Of a stretch of 64,000 nucleotides of DNA, positions 1 to 13,890 are shown in pieces. Numbering within the stretch: the stretch's first letter is position 1; each line of letters starts with the position of its first letter. The position numbers and the translations under genes were made by a program. The notes below the pieces were generated by a model. That model made no database searches and was not told where the DNA came from. It saw only the letters and a list, made by a program, of their open reading frames with translations. Source of the stretch: Mobula hypostoma (taxonomy: Eukaryota); NCBI RefSeq assembly GCF_963921235.1, contig NC_086097.1:173602001-173666000 (forward strand), given 5' to 3'.

Positions 1-263
1 GAAACTTCAGGGAATACAAACTCCAAAGCAGTTTCAGCCAGATTGTAAATAAGATTATTATTTTCACTGCCTAATCATTGCATATAGTAAGTAGAACTTT
101 TAACACAATAAGATTATCCACTGGCAAAACAACACACCTTTTGGGAGAGAAAGCTGATTCATGGCAGACAAGCAAACTCTAATTTCAGTGACTTCCCTTA
201 TAAAGAGATCAGTCAATTCTCCTATTCAGGCAATAAACTTTTACATGTTCCAGCTGCACATAC

Positions 264-398
264 CTGGGGCTTTGGCACAAGCTTTTATTGATCCCATGGT
301 CCCCGAAACACATTTTACCAATGATGTGCTACAGAATTTCAACTCAACGTTTTGGATAGAACCCTCCAGAGTTGGCAATGGATTCTGGGATTTCACAC
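264..398 (-). CDS. VPS13B: Internal coding exon of vacuolar protein sorting 13B (Cohen syndrome protein), 135 bp, phase 1/1
   Basis: Minus strand reads ttttcttttattag|GTGTGAAATCCCAG...GCCCCAG|gtatgt with a canonical acceptor and donor. It translates (G)VKSQNPLPTLEGSIQNVELKFCSTSLVKCVSGTMGSIKACAKAP, nearly identical to the remembered human VPS13B segment GVKSKNPLPTLEGSIQNVELKYCSTSLVKCASGTMGSIKICAKAP. Confidence 0.92.
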
Positions 399-1745
399 CT
401 AATAAAAGAAAATTGCAAATGAAGTAGTCTGCTGTGTTTAAATAATTAGGAATTCTAGATAGTGGAGTTATTTCTCCACACTTAGATGTAATGTTATACA
501 AACTGTGTATTCGTATATAACTGTATGAGCTTTGTACAAAATTACATAAATTGCAAAAAAAAATCAGCACAGGTTTAACTTTCAATCTTTTGAAAAATAC
601 ATTGTGAAGCAGTTTTTAATTTTCAAAATATTCAGATTTGCAAATTGCTCTGAATGATAGCTACAGATAATGAAGACAGTTAAACCTGCAACACAGGGCA
701 GTAAATTAATCTGACACTTCAAGTGCATTCTACTATGGCACTGCAGTGTAAATTTGGATATGAAGCACAACTAATTCCGGAGGCACGAGTCTCACATTGG
801 TTCGTTTCAGCACTTCATTGAGTACAAGCTAGAGTGGTCACCATGCCTAGTTTATAAAAGTGGCCTAATGGCCTCCTTAAAATAACCTTAACTTATTGAT
901 TAGTTCAAATGTTTAGTTAAGTGATTAGTTCAAAGTTTCTTCCAGTCCAAACTTTCTAAGCATCCCTAATTATTGGAAGAAAATCTGTGCATGCATCTAT
1001 GCTTGCACAGACCGTTCCTCAACGGGACAGTGGAGCTTGAACCAAAGCAGGAACCAAACAGTGTAAACAGGGTTCCATCTCAATGGAAATAGATATCACA
1101 AACAAACATATGATCCATCTAAACTAATGAACACTGATAGAAAACACACCTTCCTTCTCAGTCTCAAAAATGTTAAAAAAGTTCAGAACAGTACCGTGAT
1201 TGCATTTAGCTACCACTACAAAATAGCTTTGAACATATCTATGAAAGTAACTTGAAAGAAAGAATCGATCTCTAGTTTGTGATAAGCACTACTCAACAAT
1301 AGTAATTGGTTTAATGTAAGTGTGCATGACAATACCCATCAAATCTAACCTTGACATTTTTGCACACTGCTATGGAAAGTACAGTGCCTTCAAATTACAA
1401 GGATCTTTCCTCTGCTAATTAAACTTTATTTCTTCACAAATCTGCATCAGATCATCAAAGAGAAAAAAAATCAAATATTTTAGGTAAGGACAATATCTAA
1501 TTTTGTTTAAAATTGCATCATTTCAAAATCTCGTTTAAAATTTTCTGAAAACTTGAGTCCAAAGTCCATATTGTTTCAGACTTGAGAGATTTTGAAATGG
1601 AGATAGTTTTGCTGTGACTGCAAGCTTCCTCTTTAACTCAAACTAATTAGTTTATTAATAAACCACACAATGTATTTACTGATAAGGTCATTTTGTTAAC
1701 TATTTACTCTACTAATTTAACCTTTGCCTTACCTGGCTACTCATT

Positions 1746-2888
1746 ATAGAAACATAGAAACATAGAAAATAGGTGCAGGAGTAGGCCATTCGGCCCTTCG
1801 AGCCTGCACCGCCATTTATTATGATCATGGCTGATCATCCAACTCAGAACCCAGCCTTCCCTCCATACCCCCTGACCCCTGTAGCCACAAGGGCCATATC
1901 TAACTTCCTTTTAAACATAGCTAATGAACTGGCCTCAACAGTTTGCTGTGGCAGAGAATTCCACAGATTCACCACTCTGTGTGAAGAAGTTTTTCCTAAC
2001 CTCGGTCCTAAAAGGCTTCCCCTCTATCCTCAAACTGTGACCCCTCGTTCTAGACCTCCCCAACATCGGGAACAATCTTCCCGCATCTAGCCTGTCCAAT
2101 CCCTTTAGGATCTTATACGTTTCAATCAGATCCCCCCTCAATCTTCTAAATTCCAACGAGTACAAGCCCAGTTCATCCAGTCTTTCTTCATATGAAAGAC
2201 CTGCCATCCCAGGAATCAATCTGGTGAACCTTCTTTGTACTCCCTCTATGGCAAGGATGTCTTTCCTCAGATTAGGGGACCAAAACTGCACACAATACTC
2301 CAGGTGTGGTCTCACCAAGGCCTTGTACAACTGCAGTAGTACCTCCCTGCTCCTGTACTCGAATCCTCTCGCTATAAATGCCAGCATACCGTTCGCCTTT
2401 TTCACCACCTGCTGTACCTGCATGCCCACTTTCAATGACTGGTGTATAATGACACCCAGGTCTCGTTGCACCTCCCCTTTTCCTAATCGGCCACCATTCA
2501 GATAATAATCTGTTTTCCTATTTTTGCCACCAAAGTGGATAACTTCACATTTATCCACATTAAATTGCATCTGCCATGAGTTTGCCCACTCACCCAACCT
2601 ATCCAAGTCACCCTGCATCCTCTTAGCATCCTCCTCACTGCTAACACTGCCACCCAGCTTCGTGTCATCCGCAAACTTGGAGATGCTGCATTTAATTCCC
2701 TCATCCAAGTCATTAATATATATTGTAAACAACTGGGGTCCCAGCACTGAGCCTTGCGGTACCCCACTAGTCACCGCCTGCCATTCTGAAAAGGTCCCGT
2801 TTATTCCCACTCTTTGCTTCCTGTCTGCTAACCAATTCTCCACCCACACCAATACCTTACCCCCAATACCGTGTGCTTTAAGTTTGCA
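1746..2888 (-). mobile_element. Young 5'-truncated CR1 LINE (RT C-terminal half plus 3' UTR and tail)
   Basis: ORF 1935-2906 has [14 protein letters not shown] and LVRPHLEYCVQFWSP. Tail is (ATAGAAAC)n on plus. 7-bp TSD cattata at 1742-1748 and 2889-2895. Confidence 0.95.
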
Positions 2889-5652
2889 CATTATATACAG
2901 GTACATATTATATACATATTATATACAGGTTATATTCTCCCCAGATTATTCATGCCCGATTTCTGTATGTACAAATGGGCATTGGAAAACCAATGGGATG
3001 GATTTGCCATCTGCTATGGAGCTGCAGGCATCTTCTGCTGTGTGGGAATTTGGTCTCAGTTTGTGGCAATATCTGGATGGTTTGGTTAAATGCCCAGGAC
3101 ATTACCTTTGGATGCCCTATGTCTCAATCAAATATATTGTTTGACAGGAAACATTTCTAACTTATGCACTGTTCAGGTTACGAATAGTTCTCAGGAATGT
3201 AAGTCTGTCAGGGGGAGGAACTGTAGAGTTGAGTCATTACACTGTTCCAATTTCAAACATGCAGATAGAAAAGCTAGCAATAAAAATATTGCTTCATTAG
3301 GATGGAAGCTATCGACAATAAGTTTACAGGCATTAAAAGTAAAATATATTAATTTCACAGTGGAATAACTGGAGTATACTAGTGAGAAAGTTAATTATTC
3401 CTCAATGGGCATCACAAACATCATTCTGTTATATTTGACAAATATAGTTGCAGAAAAACAGTGGAGAATATAACAAAACAAGTAGTAAACTGCAGGTTAA
3501 TGAAATTCACAAATCCACATATTAATACTTTAAAAACATGCACCAACAATAAAAAAAAATCCAATTTCTAATGCAAATAACCTATGCATAACCCAGAGTT
3601 GCTTTACTTGCATATCATATGCCATATTATATATATAGCACAGCATTTGCTTGAAGGATATGACTTTACAGTCAGCCATTTTCATTTTTAAAAGCTACCT
3701 TCAGAAGATACTGTCTCCAAATATAATGTCTGTCCGATGAGGCAAGATAAATGGAAAATAAATGCCACTGAAAGTGATGATCTCACCTGTAGATTGAATT
3801 CTATTTCATGAGCTCTGGCAAACATATGTGAGCAAAAACTACTGCAAACATTCCCTGCATCTATTTGCTTTTAGCTTGAATTCCATTTTAACTATTGGTG
3901 ATGAATGACCTAGAGCCCACATTTAATAAAGTACAAGTTGAAGCCTCTTAAAAATATATTCTTGTTCTGATTCCTTATGTAACAAATTGCTCAGAGGAAG
4001 GCTCGATGTTTATTACAGACCATTTATATTTCTATACAATAATTAGTAAATTAGTTTAGTATTGTCACATGTACAGTGAAAAATTTGTCTTGCATAATGG
4101 TCACATAAATTAATTCATTACAACAGAGTATTGAGGTTGTACAATGTAAAGCAACAACAATGCAGAATAGAAGTGCAGTAATTACAGAGATGGGTTGTAT
4201 TGTGGCTATAAATACCTAGGAAATAAATGACAAGCAATGGGTGGATATTTCAACCCAATTATCAACAGTGGAATTTCTGCAAGAATTTTCTATCACCAAC
4301 ACAACAACCAGAGTGCAAGGTAAATAGGATTAGGAGCACGTTAAGTTTGACGGCCAAGATGATATGCTGATCATTACTGGAGGTGGAGATGGGTGTCAAC
4401 AGAGCAATAGATTAGCAAAATTGGACGTGATAAAGGCATGGTTGAGGATTGTCGGCAGATTTTCCCCCCACTTATTCACAGGATGTTGACATTAATGACG
4501 AAGCACACATTTATCATCAATTGTCAACCAACAAAGATTATATTTAATTGAAATAAATACAAATGTTTGTACGTAATCGAATAAATATTCAGATAAATAT
4601 TTAATTGAAGAAAAAAATTGATGTATTTCTTTTTAAATAAAGTATGGAACTTAATCTACCTCCAGCATAAAGTAACCCATATTGGTGTTATTTCAGTTTA
4701 AGTCGTAACAATGAAAATTATTTTAAACAGGCATTTGATAATGTTCAGGGTGAATCAAGGCAATTTGTTATGTTTTATAGGCCTGGAATATAATCTGTGA
4801 ATGATTCTTTGACTGTAATTGTGTTGCCAATCATCTTAATTAAGATTTTTCTTGAATTTGTAGTGAAGTGAAAATTACTAATTATTAGTAAATATCTCCA
4901 ACTATCAATAATTTTGCTGATACAAATATCTGCATGGAAGCTATGATTTTCCTGTGTGGGCAGAAAGTACCATATTTTAATAGTACATGGCTACTCATTT
5001 TAGTTATTTCTCCCAAAATAAAGCAAAGATCACAAAATAATATAGAGTATTTGTTCAAAATTTATGCCAACTTGATAAACAAAAAGTCTATTTTAATCAT
5101 CTGTTTGAGAATTGCTTTGCTTGATCTGAATACTTCCAATAAACGGTCACTGAACATTCATTTGTTTCAAAGTCATCTTCATGTTGTAGTGTCAGTAACA
5201 AAAATGCATCTGCTCTGAGTGGGGGTGGTGTCCCCCCACCCAGATTTTGAAGATATTTTCAAGTCTATTTATTGGCATTTCTAGCTCATCATGTGACATG
5301 AAAGTCCACCATGTATTCTGGACCTCAGATCACAGGAAAGCCAGAACAGGTAGGAATGACAGGTCTCTTATCTGAAAGGCACTAATGAACCAGTTGGGTT
5401 TTTACAGCCATTTTAACTAGCACCAGCAAACCCACAAATTACCAGATTTACAGCTTGCTATGGTAGGATTTATACTCATAACATTTAGGTCGCTTGCCCA
5501 GCCCCACAATTACTATGTTACAGCTACCTGTAATTTACAATAATGATAGTCTATAAAGAAAAATACGGTTTGGTAAACATATGTACCTTTTTATTCATAC
5601 TTAGTAAGTGTGAAATTAAGGGAAATTGGTCGTCAGTAGTTACACAAATTTG

Positions 5653-6500
5653 CTCCAGAGACAGAGAGATCGAGAGGGTGTCTACAGGAGTGAGATACGC
5701 CAACTAGTGGAATAGTGCCATAACAACAACCTGGCACTCAACGTCAGTAAGACGAAAGAGATGATTGTGGACTTCCAGAAGAGTAAGACGAAGGAACACA
5801 TACCAATCCTCATAGAGAGATCAGAAGTGGAGACTGTGAGCAGTTTCAAGTTTCTGGCTGTCAAGTTCTCTGAGGAACTAACCTGGTCCCAACAAATCAA
5901 TGTAGTTACAAAGAAGGTAAGACAGTGGCTATACTTTATTAGGAGTTTGAAGAGATTTGGTATGTCAACAAATCACTCAAAAACTTCTATAGTTGTACAA
6001 TGGAGAACATTCTGACAGGCTGCATCACTGTCTGGTATGGAGAGGCTACTGCACAGGACCGAAAGAAGCTGCAGAAGGTTGTAAATCTAGTCAGCTCCAT
6101 CTTGGGCACTAGCCTACAAAGTACCCAGGACATCTTTAGGGAGCAGTGTCTCAGAAAGGCAGCATCTATTATTAAGGGCCTCCAGCATCCAGGGCATGCC
6201 CTTTTCTCACTGTTATCATCTGGTAGGAGGTACAGAAGCTGAAGTCACACACTCAGCGATTCAGGAACAGCTTCTTCCCCTCTGCCATTGATTTCTAAAT
6301 GGACATTGAACTCATGAACTCTACCTCACATTTTTTAATATATGTTTTTCCATTTTTTGCATGATTTTTAATCTATTCAATATGCATATATTGTCATTTA
6401 TTTATTTCCTTCTTCTATATTATGTATTGCATTGAACTGCTGCTGCTAAGTTAACAAATTTCATGACACATGCCGGTGATAATAAACCTGATTCTGATTC
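5653..6500 (+). mobile_element. Rex1/Babar-type LINE 3' fragment with a short Penelope-derived 5' stub
   Basis: KKVRQWLYFIRSLKRFG and ILTGCITVWYG motifs; tail aataaacctgattctgattc. The first 26 nt are identical to 10677-10702. Confidence 0.85.
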
Positions 6501-8104
6501 ATCTCCGAATTCAAATTTATCTGAAGGTCATACCCTTCATCTCTCTGTAATTTCATTCAGCATGATCAATCTGTGCTCTTCTGATCACATACTCTTGACC
6601 ACCCCAAATTTATTTGCTTCACTACTGGTGTTTATGTCTCCAGAACGGCAAAAGCCCTAAAATCTAGAATATTATTCCTAAACTTTTCCAGCTTTCTATT
6701 TCTTCTCATTTATGCTAATCTTTACCTCTTCGACCATCTGTTTGGATAGCCCCAGTATTGCCTATCAAACTTCAAAGAATGAGAACAGCTGTCATAAAGA
6801 AGAGTGGTTGTTCCTGGTGTAGACAATGGACAAATCAGTGGCAGGTAAAAATCAATATAATGAAAGGTACAGTTACATTTTTTGATGTTTTGTTTTACGT
6901 GCTAATTTATGGAAGGTACATTTCGGGAAGTCCTAAACTCCTTTTTATATGCAATCACTTATAATATAGGAAATATGTCAACCAGTTAACACATTTCCTC
7001 AACCTATAATGTGTACAAAAGAAACAAAAATAATTTTAAATAAGATTATAGACTGGTTACGACACAAATAAGAAGCCATTTTGCCCATCACGTCCACAGG
7101 AGCTCTCTACCTGAGCAATTCAAGAGTTACAACTTTTGCCCTTTCTCCATAGGTTTGCTAGTTTTTCCTCACTATATACTTATCCATTTTCCTCTTCACT
7201 GAAAAGTTTCTCATCACTTAATTTTAATTTTCTTCTCTATTATTTAATGTACCAAGAAATGAAGAAAACTCCCAGGTTTTTCTTCAAAGTACTGTTTTCC
7301 TTTACATTCACCAATGAGAGAAGTTCGGATGTCTGGTCAACATGTCACAGGAAAAATGACTGCATCACTACCTCAAGCCTCTGAATAAGACCATCATCTG
7401 ATGTTAAGATAAAACTGTTGACGCTGAACCAATGCGAACACCAGACAAGATCTGGAATATACCAGTAAAGACAGATTTGTTCAAATATAGTTCATTATCT
7501 CATGAGAAAATACAAATATATAGTTTATTACAGTATAAATATAGATATTATAATGGTACTCCATAGCTTTATATACATATACAGCATATATATAATACCA
7601 TGAAGTATTATTATAAAATGAGAAGATAACGACAAAGTAATGGACAGATAAGTTTAAAAATAAGAGCAAAATAGGAACAGACAGGGTGGAAAGTTTATAG
7701 GTGCCGGACGAACTTTTTTTACTTACACATGGTTTGTGAGATAGTGGAATGCACTCTCAAGAGGTATTGACAGAAATGTATTGTAGGTCAATTTAAAAGA
7801 ATGGATTAGTTTCACAGTGGAAAGAAAAGCAAATAAGAAAAAGTTTAAACCAGATGGACACATGGGATTGGGTACATTGTTGAAGATTCACACAAACAGC
7901 ATTTGCTTGGTCAAAGTGGCTCAGACTGTGTTTCAATTTCTACACAATCCACTACAGATTACTCTCTTTCTCTTAATCTTTTTTTTTAATTTGCTGCATT
8001 CGACTGTTTTGACAGAATTTATTGTCCAGCTCTAATCACCCTTGAGTTAGTGGTGGTGAAATACTTTCTTGAACTGATGTGATTTTTTTTTGTTGTTTGT
8101 GTAC

Positions 8105-8290
8105 CAAAAGTGCTGAAAATCTGAAATGCAAACAAAACCAAAATGCTAGAAACACTCAGCATCTAGTGGAAGAGAAGCAGGTCTGAGACCATTCATCAGA
8201 ATAGACCAGTTCTGACAAAGGCTCTCAGACTTGAAACATTGGCTCTGTTTTTCTTTCCAGAGATACTGTTCTGTGCTTTCACTCCAAGTG
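8105..8290. mobile_element. Old degenerate Penelope-like terminal repeat (fold-back type relic)
   Basis: tgctgaaaatctga...aaaatgctagaaacactcagc, followed by cagttctgacaaaggctctcagacttgaaacattgg, a decayed version of the hammerhead-bearing repeat. Confidence 0.5.
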
Positions 8291-8371
8291 AGTTCCAAGC
8301 TTGGGTACAGTGGCGATAAAGAAACATCAACAAAATTCCAGTCACTACAAATCTTCTACATTTATTTTGAG

Positions 8372-8642
8372 ATACAATGCAGAACAGGCTTTTCCGGCCC
8401 AACAGGCCACACAGCCCAACAACCCAACTATTTAACACTAGCCAAATCACAAGACAATTTACAATGACTAATTAACCTATTAACTGGTAACTCGTTGGAC
8501 TGCGGGAGGAAACCAGAGCACCCAGAGGAAATCTATGCAGTTATGGGGAGAACATACAAATTCCTTACAGGTAATGGTGGGAACTGAACCCAGGCCACTG
8601 GCACCGTAAAACAACGCACAAGCAACTTTACTACCATGCCGC
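8372..8642 (-). mobile_element. V-SINE (HE1-like tRNA-derived SINE with CR1-type tail)
   Basis: Reverse strand has a tRNA-like head with ggttcagttccc B-box and the V-domain tttcctctgggtgctctggtttcctcccgcagtcc. Confidence 0.75.
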
Positions 8643-9420
8643 AGATTATCATAGATGATTAGATAGCTGTTCCATACAGGAATCTTGATACAAAAAACTT
8701 CATTCACGTGATTTATCTTTCAAGTTTTTAAAATCACTCAATCTATCTGAGGAACATAGAACTAGAGTCAGGGGAAGATCTGTTTTGGATTCATCAAGAA
8801 ATAACTGATCTTGTCACTCAGCCCCATTTTCCTGCACTATCCCCATATCCCCTGATTCTCTGAATATCCAAAAATCTATTAAACCCAGCTTTTTATTAAA
8901 CTTAATTACTGGTCCTCTTCAGACCTCCAGGATTGAAAAGATACACCTTGCTCTACAGTTTCTTGCAGGTTAGCGGAGGGATGGAGTGCCTTACGCCTCC
9001 TTTGGTGAAGATGTATCTCTGCCTCGCCGCTCCTTTGAAATAGCCTACCCTTATTCTGACAGATGAGCACAAGTAAATATGAGTAGGAGGAATCGCTCAG
9101 ACCCCTCAAGCCTTATTTGCCATTTAATAAGATCACGGGCGATCTATGCTCTTGTCAATTTGTCTCTGTGCCAGTTCCCAATATCAATTGCTTCATCATT
9201 CAAATACTTACCTTTCTCCACCTTAAACATATCCAATAATCTGGCCTCCACCACCCTCATGAACGAAGAATTCCAAAGATTTTGCAACTATGCAGCAGGG
9301 TTCAAGTCTTTCACACTGGTGACACATCTCAACATTCACCCCGTCAAGCCCCCTCATGATCTTATATGTTCAAAGGTCATCCTTCATTAAACTCTGAGGA
9401 ATACAGACACAAACATTTAC

Positions 9421-10700
9421 AGCAACACACAGAGAATGTTGGAGGAACTCAGCAGGCCAGACAGCTTCGATAAAAAAAAAGCACAGTCAACTTTTTAGGC
9501 CGAGACCCTTCAGCAGGACTGGAGAAAAAGAAGTTGAGGAATAGGTTTAAAAGGTAGGGGGAGGGGAGAGAGAAACACAAGGTGATAGATGAAACTGGGG
9601 GAGGGGAACAAAGTAAAGACCTGGGAAGTTGATTGGTGAAAGAGATACAGGGCTGGAGAAGGTGGAATCTAATAGGAGACCACAGAACATCATGGAAGAA
9701 AGAAGAAGGGGAGGAGCCCCAGAGGGAGACGATGGGCAGGCAAGGAGATAAGGTGAGAGGGGGTAAAGGGGATGGGGAATAGTGCAGGGGGGAGGGTGGC
9801 ATTAACAGAAGTTCAAGATGTTCATGCCATCAGGTTGGAGGCTACTAGACAGAATATAAGGTGTTATTCCTCCAACTTGAGTGTGGCTTCATCGCGACAG
9901 TACAGAGGGGCATAGATTGACATATTGGAATGGGAATGGGAAGTGGAATTAAAATGGGTGGCCACAGGGAGATCCCACTTCTTCTAGTGGATGGAGCGTA
10001 GGTATTTGGCGAAGTGGTCTCCCAATCTACATCAGGTCTCACTGATATACAGGAGGCCACACCGGGAGCAACAGACAAAGTATATGACTCCAACAGACTC
10101 ACAGGTAAAGTGTCACCTCACCTAGAAGGACTATTTGGGGCCCTGAATGGTAGTGAGGGAGGAGGTGAAGGGACAAGTATAGCACTTGTTCTGCTTGCAA
10201 GGATAAGTGCCGGGAGGAAGATCAGTGGGGAGGGACGAATGGTCAAGGAAGTCGCGTAGGGTGTGATCGCTGTCGAAAGCAGACAGTGGGGGGAGGGAAA
10301 GATGTGCTTGATGGTGAGATCCCATTGGAGATGGTGGAAGTTCCGGAGAATTATGTGCTAGAAGTGGAGGCTGGTGGAGTGGTAGGTGAGGACAAGAGGA
10401 ACCTTATCCCTGGTAGGGTGGTAGAAGGATGGAGTAAGAACAGGCATGTGTGAAATGGAAAAGAGGCTGTTGAGGACAGCCTTGATGGTGAAGGAAGGGA
10501 AGACTCTTCCTTTGAAAAAGGAGGAATGAAAAGCATCACCCTGAGAGCAGATGCTGCAGAGACAAAGGAATTGAGAGAAGGGGTGGCATTTTTATAAGTA
10601 ACAGGGTGGGAAGAGGCATAGTCCAGGTAGCTGTGAGAGTTTATGAGTTTATAATGGACATCAGTAGATAAGCTGTCTCCAGAGACAGAGAGATCGAGAG
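9421..10700 (-). mobile_element. Penelope-like element (Neptune-type): RT thumb, Cys linker, GIY-YIG endonuclease and terminal repeat, degraded
   Basis: Minus-strand peptides STDVHYKLINSHSYLDYASSHP and PGTYPCKQNKCYTCPF, plus a VIY..CSRCGLLYI GIY-YIG-like region. Ends in the agcaacacac...ggaggaactcagcaggcc repeat with a mutated hammerhead. Confidence 0.85.
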
Positions 10701-11340
10701 GGCATACTGGACTGAGATTTGCCAACTAGTGGAATGGTACCACAGCAACAACCTGGCACTCAACGTCAGTAAGATAAAAGAGCCGATTATGGACTTCAAG
10801 AAGGGTAAGACAGAGGAACACATACCAATCCTCATAGAGGGAATCAGAAATGGAGAGAGTGAACAGCTTCAAGTTCCTGGATGTCAAGATCTCTGAGGAT
10901 CTAACCTGGTCCCAACATATTGATGTAGTTATAAAAAAGACAAGACAGTGGCTATACTTCATTAGGAGTTTGAAGAGATTTGGAATGTCAACAAATCTCT
11001 CAAAAACTTCTATAGTTGTACCGTGGAGACCATTCTGACAGGCTGCATCACTGTCTGGTAATGGAGGGGCTACTGCATAGGACTGAAAGAAGCTGCAGAA
11101 GGTTGTAAATCTAGTCAGCTCCATCTTGGGCACTAGCCTACAAAGTACCCAGGACATCTTTAGGGAGCGGTGTCTCAGAAAGGCAGCGTCCATTATTAAG
11201 GACCTCCAGCATCCAGGGCATGCCCTTTTCTCACTGTTACCATCAGGTAGGAGGTACAGAAGCCTGAAGTCACACACTCAGTGATTCAGGAACAGCTTCT
11301 TCCCCTCTGCCATTGATTCCTAAATGGACATTGAAGCTTT
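10697..11340 (+). mobile_element. Rex1/Babar-type LINE fragment fused to the Penelope fragment
   Basis: FKFLDVKISEDLTWSQHIDVVIKKTRQWLYFIRSLKRFG; closely similar to 5680-6310. Confidence 0.85.
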
Positions 11341-11346
11341 GGACAC

Positions 11347-12118
11347 TCAAGCTATTCTCAACCTATTCTCATAACACATGTTCCACAATCCAGGCAACAT
11401 CCTTGTAATTCTCCTCTGCACCCTTTCTATGGCTTCCACATCCTTCCTGTAGTGAGGCAACCAGAAATGAGCACAGTACTCCAGGTGTGGTCTCACCAGG
11501 GTCCTATATAGCTGCAACATTACTTCTCGGCTCCTAAATTCAATTACACGATTGATAAAGGTCAATACACCGTATGTCTTCTTATCCACAGAGTCAACCT
11601 GCGCAGCTGCTTTGAGTATCCTATGGACTCGGACCTCAAAATCCCTCTGATCCTCCACACTGCCAAGAGTCTTACCATTAATACCATATTCTGCCATCAT
11701 ATTTGACCTACCAAAATGAACCAAATCAGACTTATCTGGGTTGAACTCCATCTGCCACTTCTCAACCCAGTGTTGTATCCTATCAATGTCCCGCTGTAAC
11801 CTCTGACAGCCCTCCACACTATCCATAATACCTCCAACCTTTGTGTCATCAGCAAATTTACTAACCCATGCCTCCACTTCCTCATCCAGGTCATCTATAA
11901 AAATCACAAAGAGTAAGGGTCCCAGAACAGATCCCTGAGGCACTCCACTGGTGACCGGCCTCCATGCACAATATGACCCGTCTACAACCACTCTTTGCCT
12001 TCTGTGGGCAAGCCAGTTCTGGTTCCACAAAGCAATGTCCCCTTGGATCCCATACATCCTTAATTTCTCAATAAGCCTTGCATGGGGTACCTTATCAAAT
12101 ACCTTGCTGAATTCCATA
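11347..12118 (-). mobile_element. CR1 LINE RT fragment
   Basis: ORF 11347-12117 contains [20 protein letters not shown] and LVRPHLEYC. Confidence 0.9.
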
Positions 12119-12119
12119 T

Positions 12120-13836
12120 TGACAACGTTTCCTCCAACACCACAAGGCTATGTGCTTAGCCCCCTGCTCTACTTGCTTTGCACTTATGTCTATGAGGATA
12201 AGCATAGATCCAATATCATACTTAAGTGTGCTGATGACATCACTGTTATTGGCCAAATCAAAGGTGGTGACAAATCATCAATAGGAGGGAAAATGAAAAT
12301 TTGGCTGAATGGTGCCACAACAATAGCCTCTTACTCAAAGTCAGCAAGACTAAGGAGCAGATTATTGGCGTCAGGAGGACAAAACCAAAGGTCCATGACC
12401 CAGTCCTCTTCGGAGGTGGAGAGGGACAGCAACTTTAAATTCCTCGGTGTTATCATTTAGGAGAAGCTGTCCTGGCCCAGCACATAAGTGCAATTATAAA
12501 GGAAGCACAGCACCACCTCTACTTCCTTAGGAGTTTGCGAAGATTTGGCATGACATCTAATCCTTTGACACACTTCTCTAAATGACTCGATGTGTAGTGG
12601 AGAGTATATTGACTGGCTGCATCACGGGCAGGTATGTCCAATGACTTTGAATAGAAAATCCTACTGTACAGGGTTTCTTCTTTGTTATGTTAAAATTAAA
12701 ATGGCTTCTTTGTTATGTTAATCCTTTAAACTGCTGCATATGTGAAATAAAATGGCTTCTATGTTATATTAAATGCAGAGAAAGTCTTTAGCTAGAAATT
12801 TGCTTGGGTTAATACAGATAGCAAAGGTACTATTAGCCAATGGGTGTCCATGTTATTTATTCTTTCTTGGGGTGATATGCTGTCTCATATGACTGGGAAC
12901 CAGGGGCTTTTGGCGGGGAGTTGGAGGAGAGACCGTGAGGACGACGGACGTGTGGGAAGGCTCAGGTTGATCACTCCGGGTTGTCCCCAGCTGCGAGTCA
13001 ATGGGGTCCGGGTGGTCCCAAAGAGGGTCCTGAGCTCTAACGTGTGCACAAAGAAATTGAACTTTGATAAGTCTGGTGCCTTTTCCATTCCTTTATTTGT
13101 ATTGAACTTACATTAATTTCATAGACTTAGTAATATCTATAAAGTGTAATTGGTAAAACGTACAGTGTGTGCTGACTGATGATTGATGTTTGAAGCTGAA
13201 TTCGGTGGGAAGTGTACAGCAACCGACACAACCGGGAGACCAGGCGGGCGGGGTTTCCCCTAGATATATACGAGCCAATATAGCTGAGCGTTACACTACA
13301 AATATTAGTGGTTATGGCCCACCTCACCAGTGAGCACGTCTACACAGAGTGCTGTCGCAGCATCCATCCTCAGGAACCCCCACCACCTGGGACAGCTCTC
13401 TTCTCACTGCTAACATCTCACTGCTAACATCAGGAAGGTGGTATAGGAGCCTCAGTACTCACACCAATAGGCTCAGGAACAGTTATTACCCTTCAACTGT
13501 CAGGTTCTTGAACTAAGGGGAATAACTTCAATCAACTTCATTTGCCTCATCACTGAAAAGTTCTTATAACCTATCAACTTGCTTTCAAGCACTCTTCATC
13601 TATGTTTTCAATATTTATTGCTCATTTTATTATTAATATTACTTCTTTCATTTTGTATTTGCACAGTTTGTTGTCTTTAACACTCTGGTTGAATACTCAC
13701 GTTGGTGTTTCATTGATTCTATTAGGATTATTATTCCATTATGAATTTATTGAGTATGCCTGCAAGAAAATGAATCTCAGGGTTGTAGATGGTGACATAT
13801 ATCTTCTTTCATAATAAATTTACTTTGAACTTTGAA
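12120..13836 (+). mobile_element. Degraded Rex1/Babar-type LINE interrupted by a solo LTR
   Basis: PQGYVLSPLLY and ADD motifs; tail aataaatttactttgaactttgaac. The sequence resumes across the LTR as aaaatcctac|aaatattagtgg. Confidence 0.8.
12665..13295. mobile_element. Solo LTR, 631 bp (Gypsy/ERV-type)
   Basis: TGTA...TACA termini flanked by a 4-bp TSD ctac (12661-12664 and 13296-13299), cleanly splitting a Rex1-type element. Confidence 0.8.
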
Positions 13837-13890
13837 CCCAAGTATAATGGTTTGAATAAGCCTGAATGGAACAGATTGAATTCCTATTCT

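Noticed and set aside
161..427. 88-aa plus-strand ORF
   Set aside because: Antisense shadow of the VPS13B exon; no independent support.
241..585. 114-aa minus-strand ORF taken as a whole gene
   Set aside because: Only 264-398 is bounded by splice sites and matches VPS13B; the rest is intronic read-through.
1935..2906. 323-aa RT ORF as an active or domesticated gene
   Set aside because: 5'-truncated CR1 with a TSD; the start lies in flanking DNA and the C-terminus is frameshifted relative to the 61.9-kb copy.
3775..3800. Minus-strand ctacag|gtgaga as a recursive splice site
   Set aside because: No polypyrimidine tract upstream; expected by chance.
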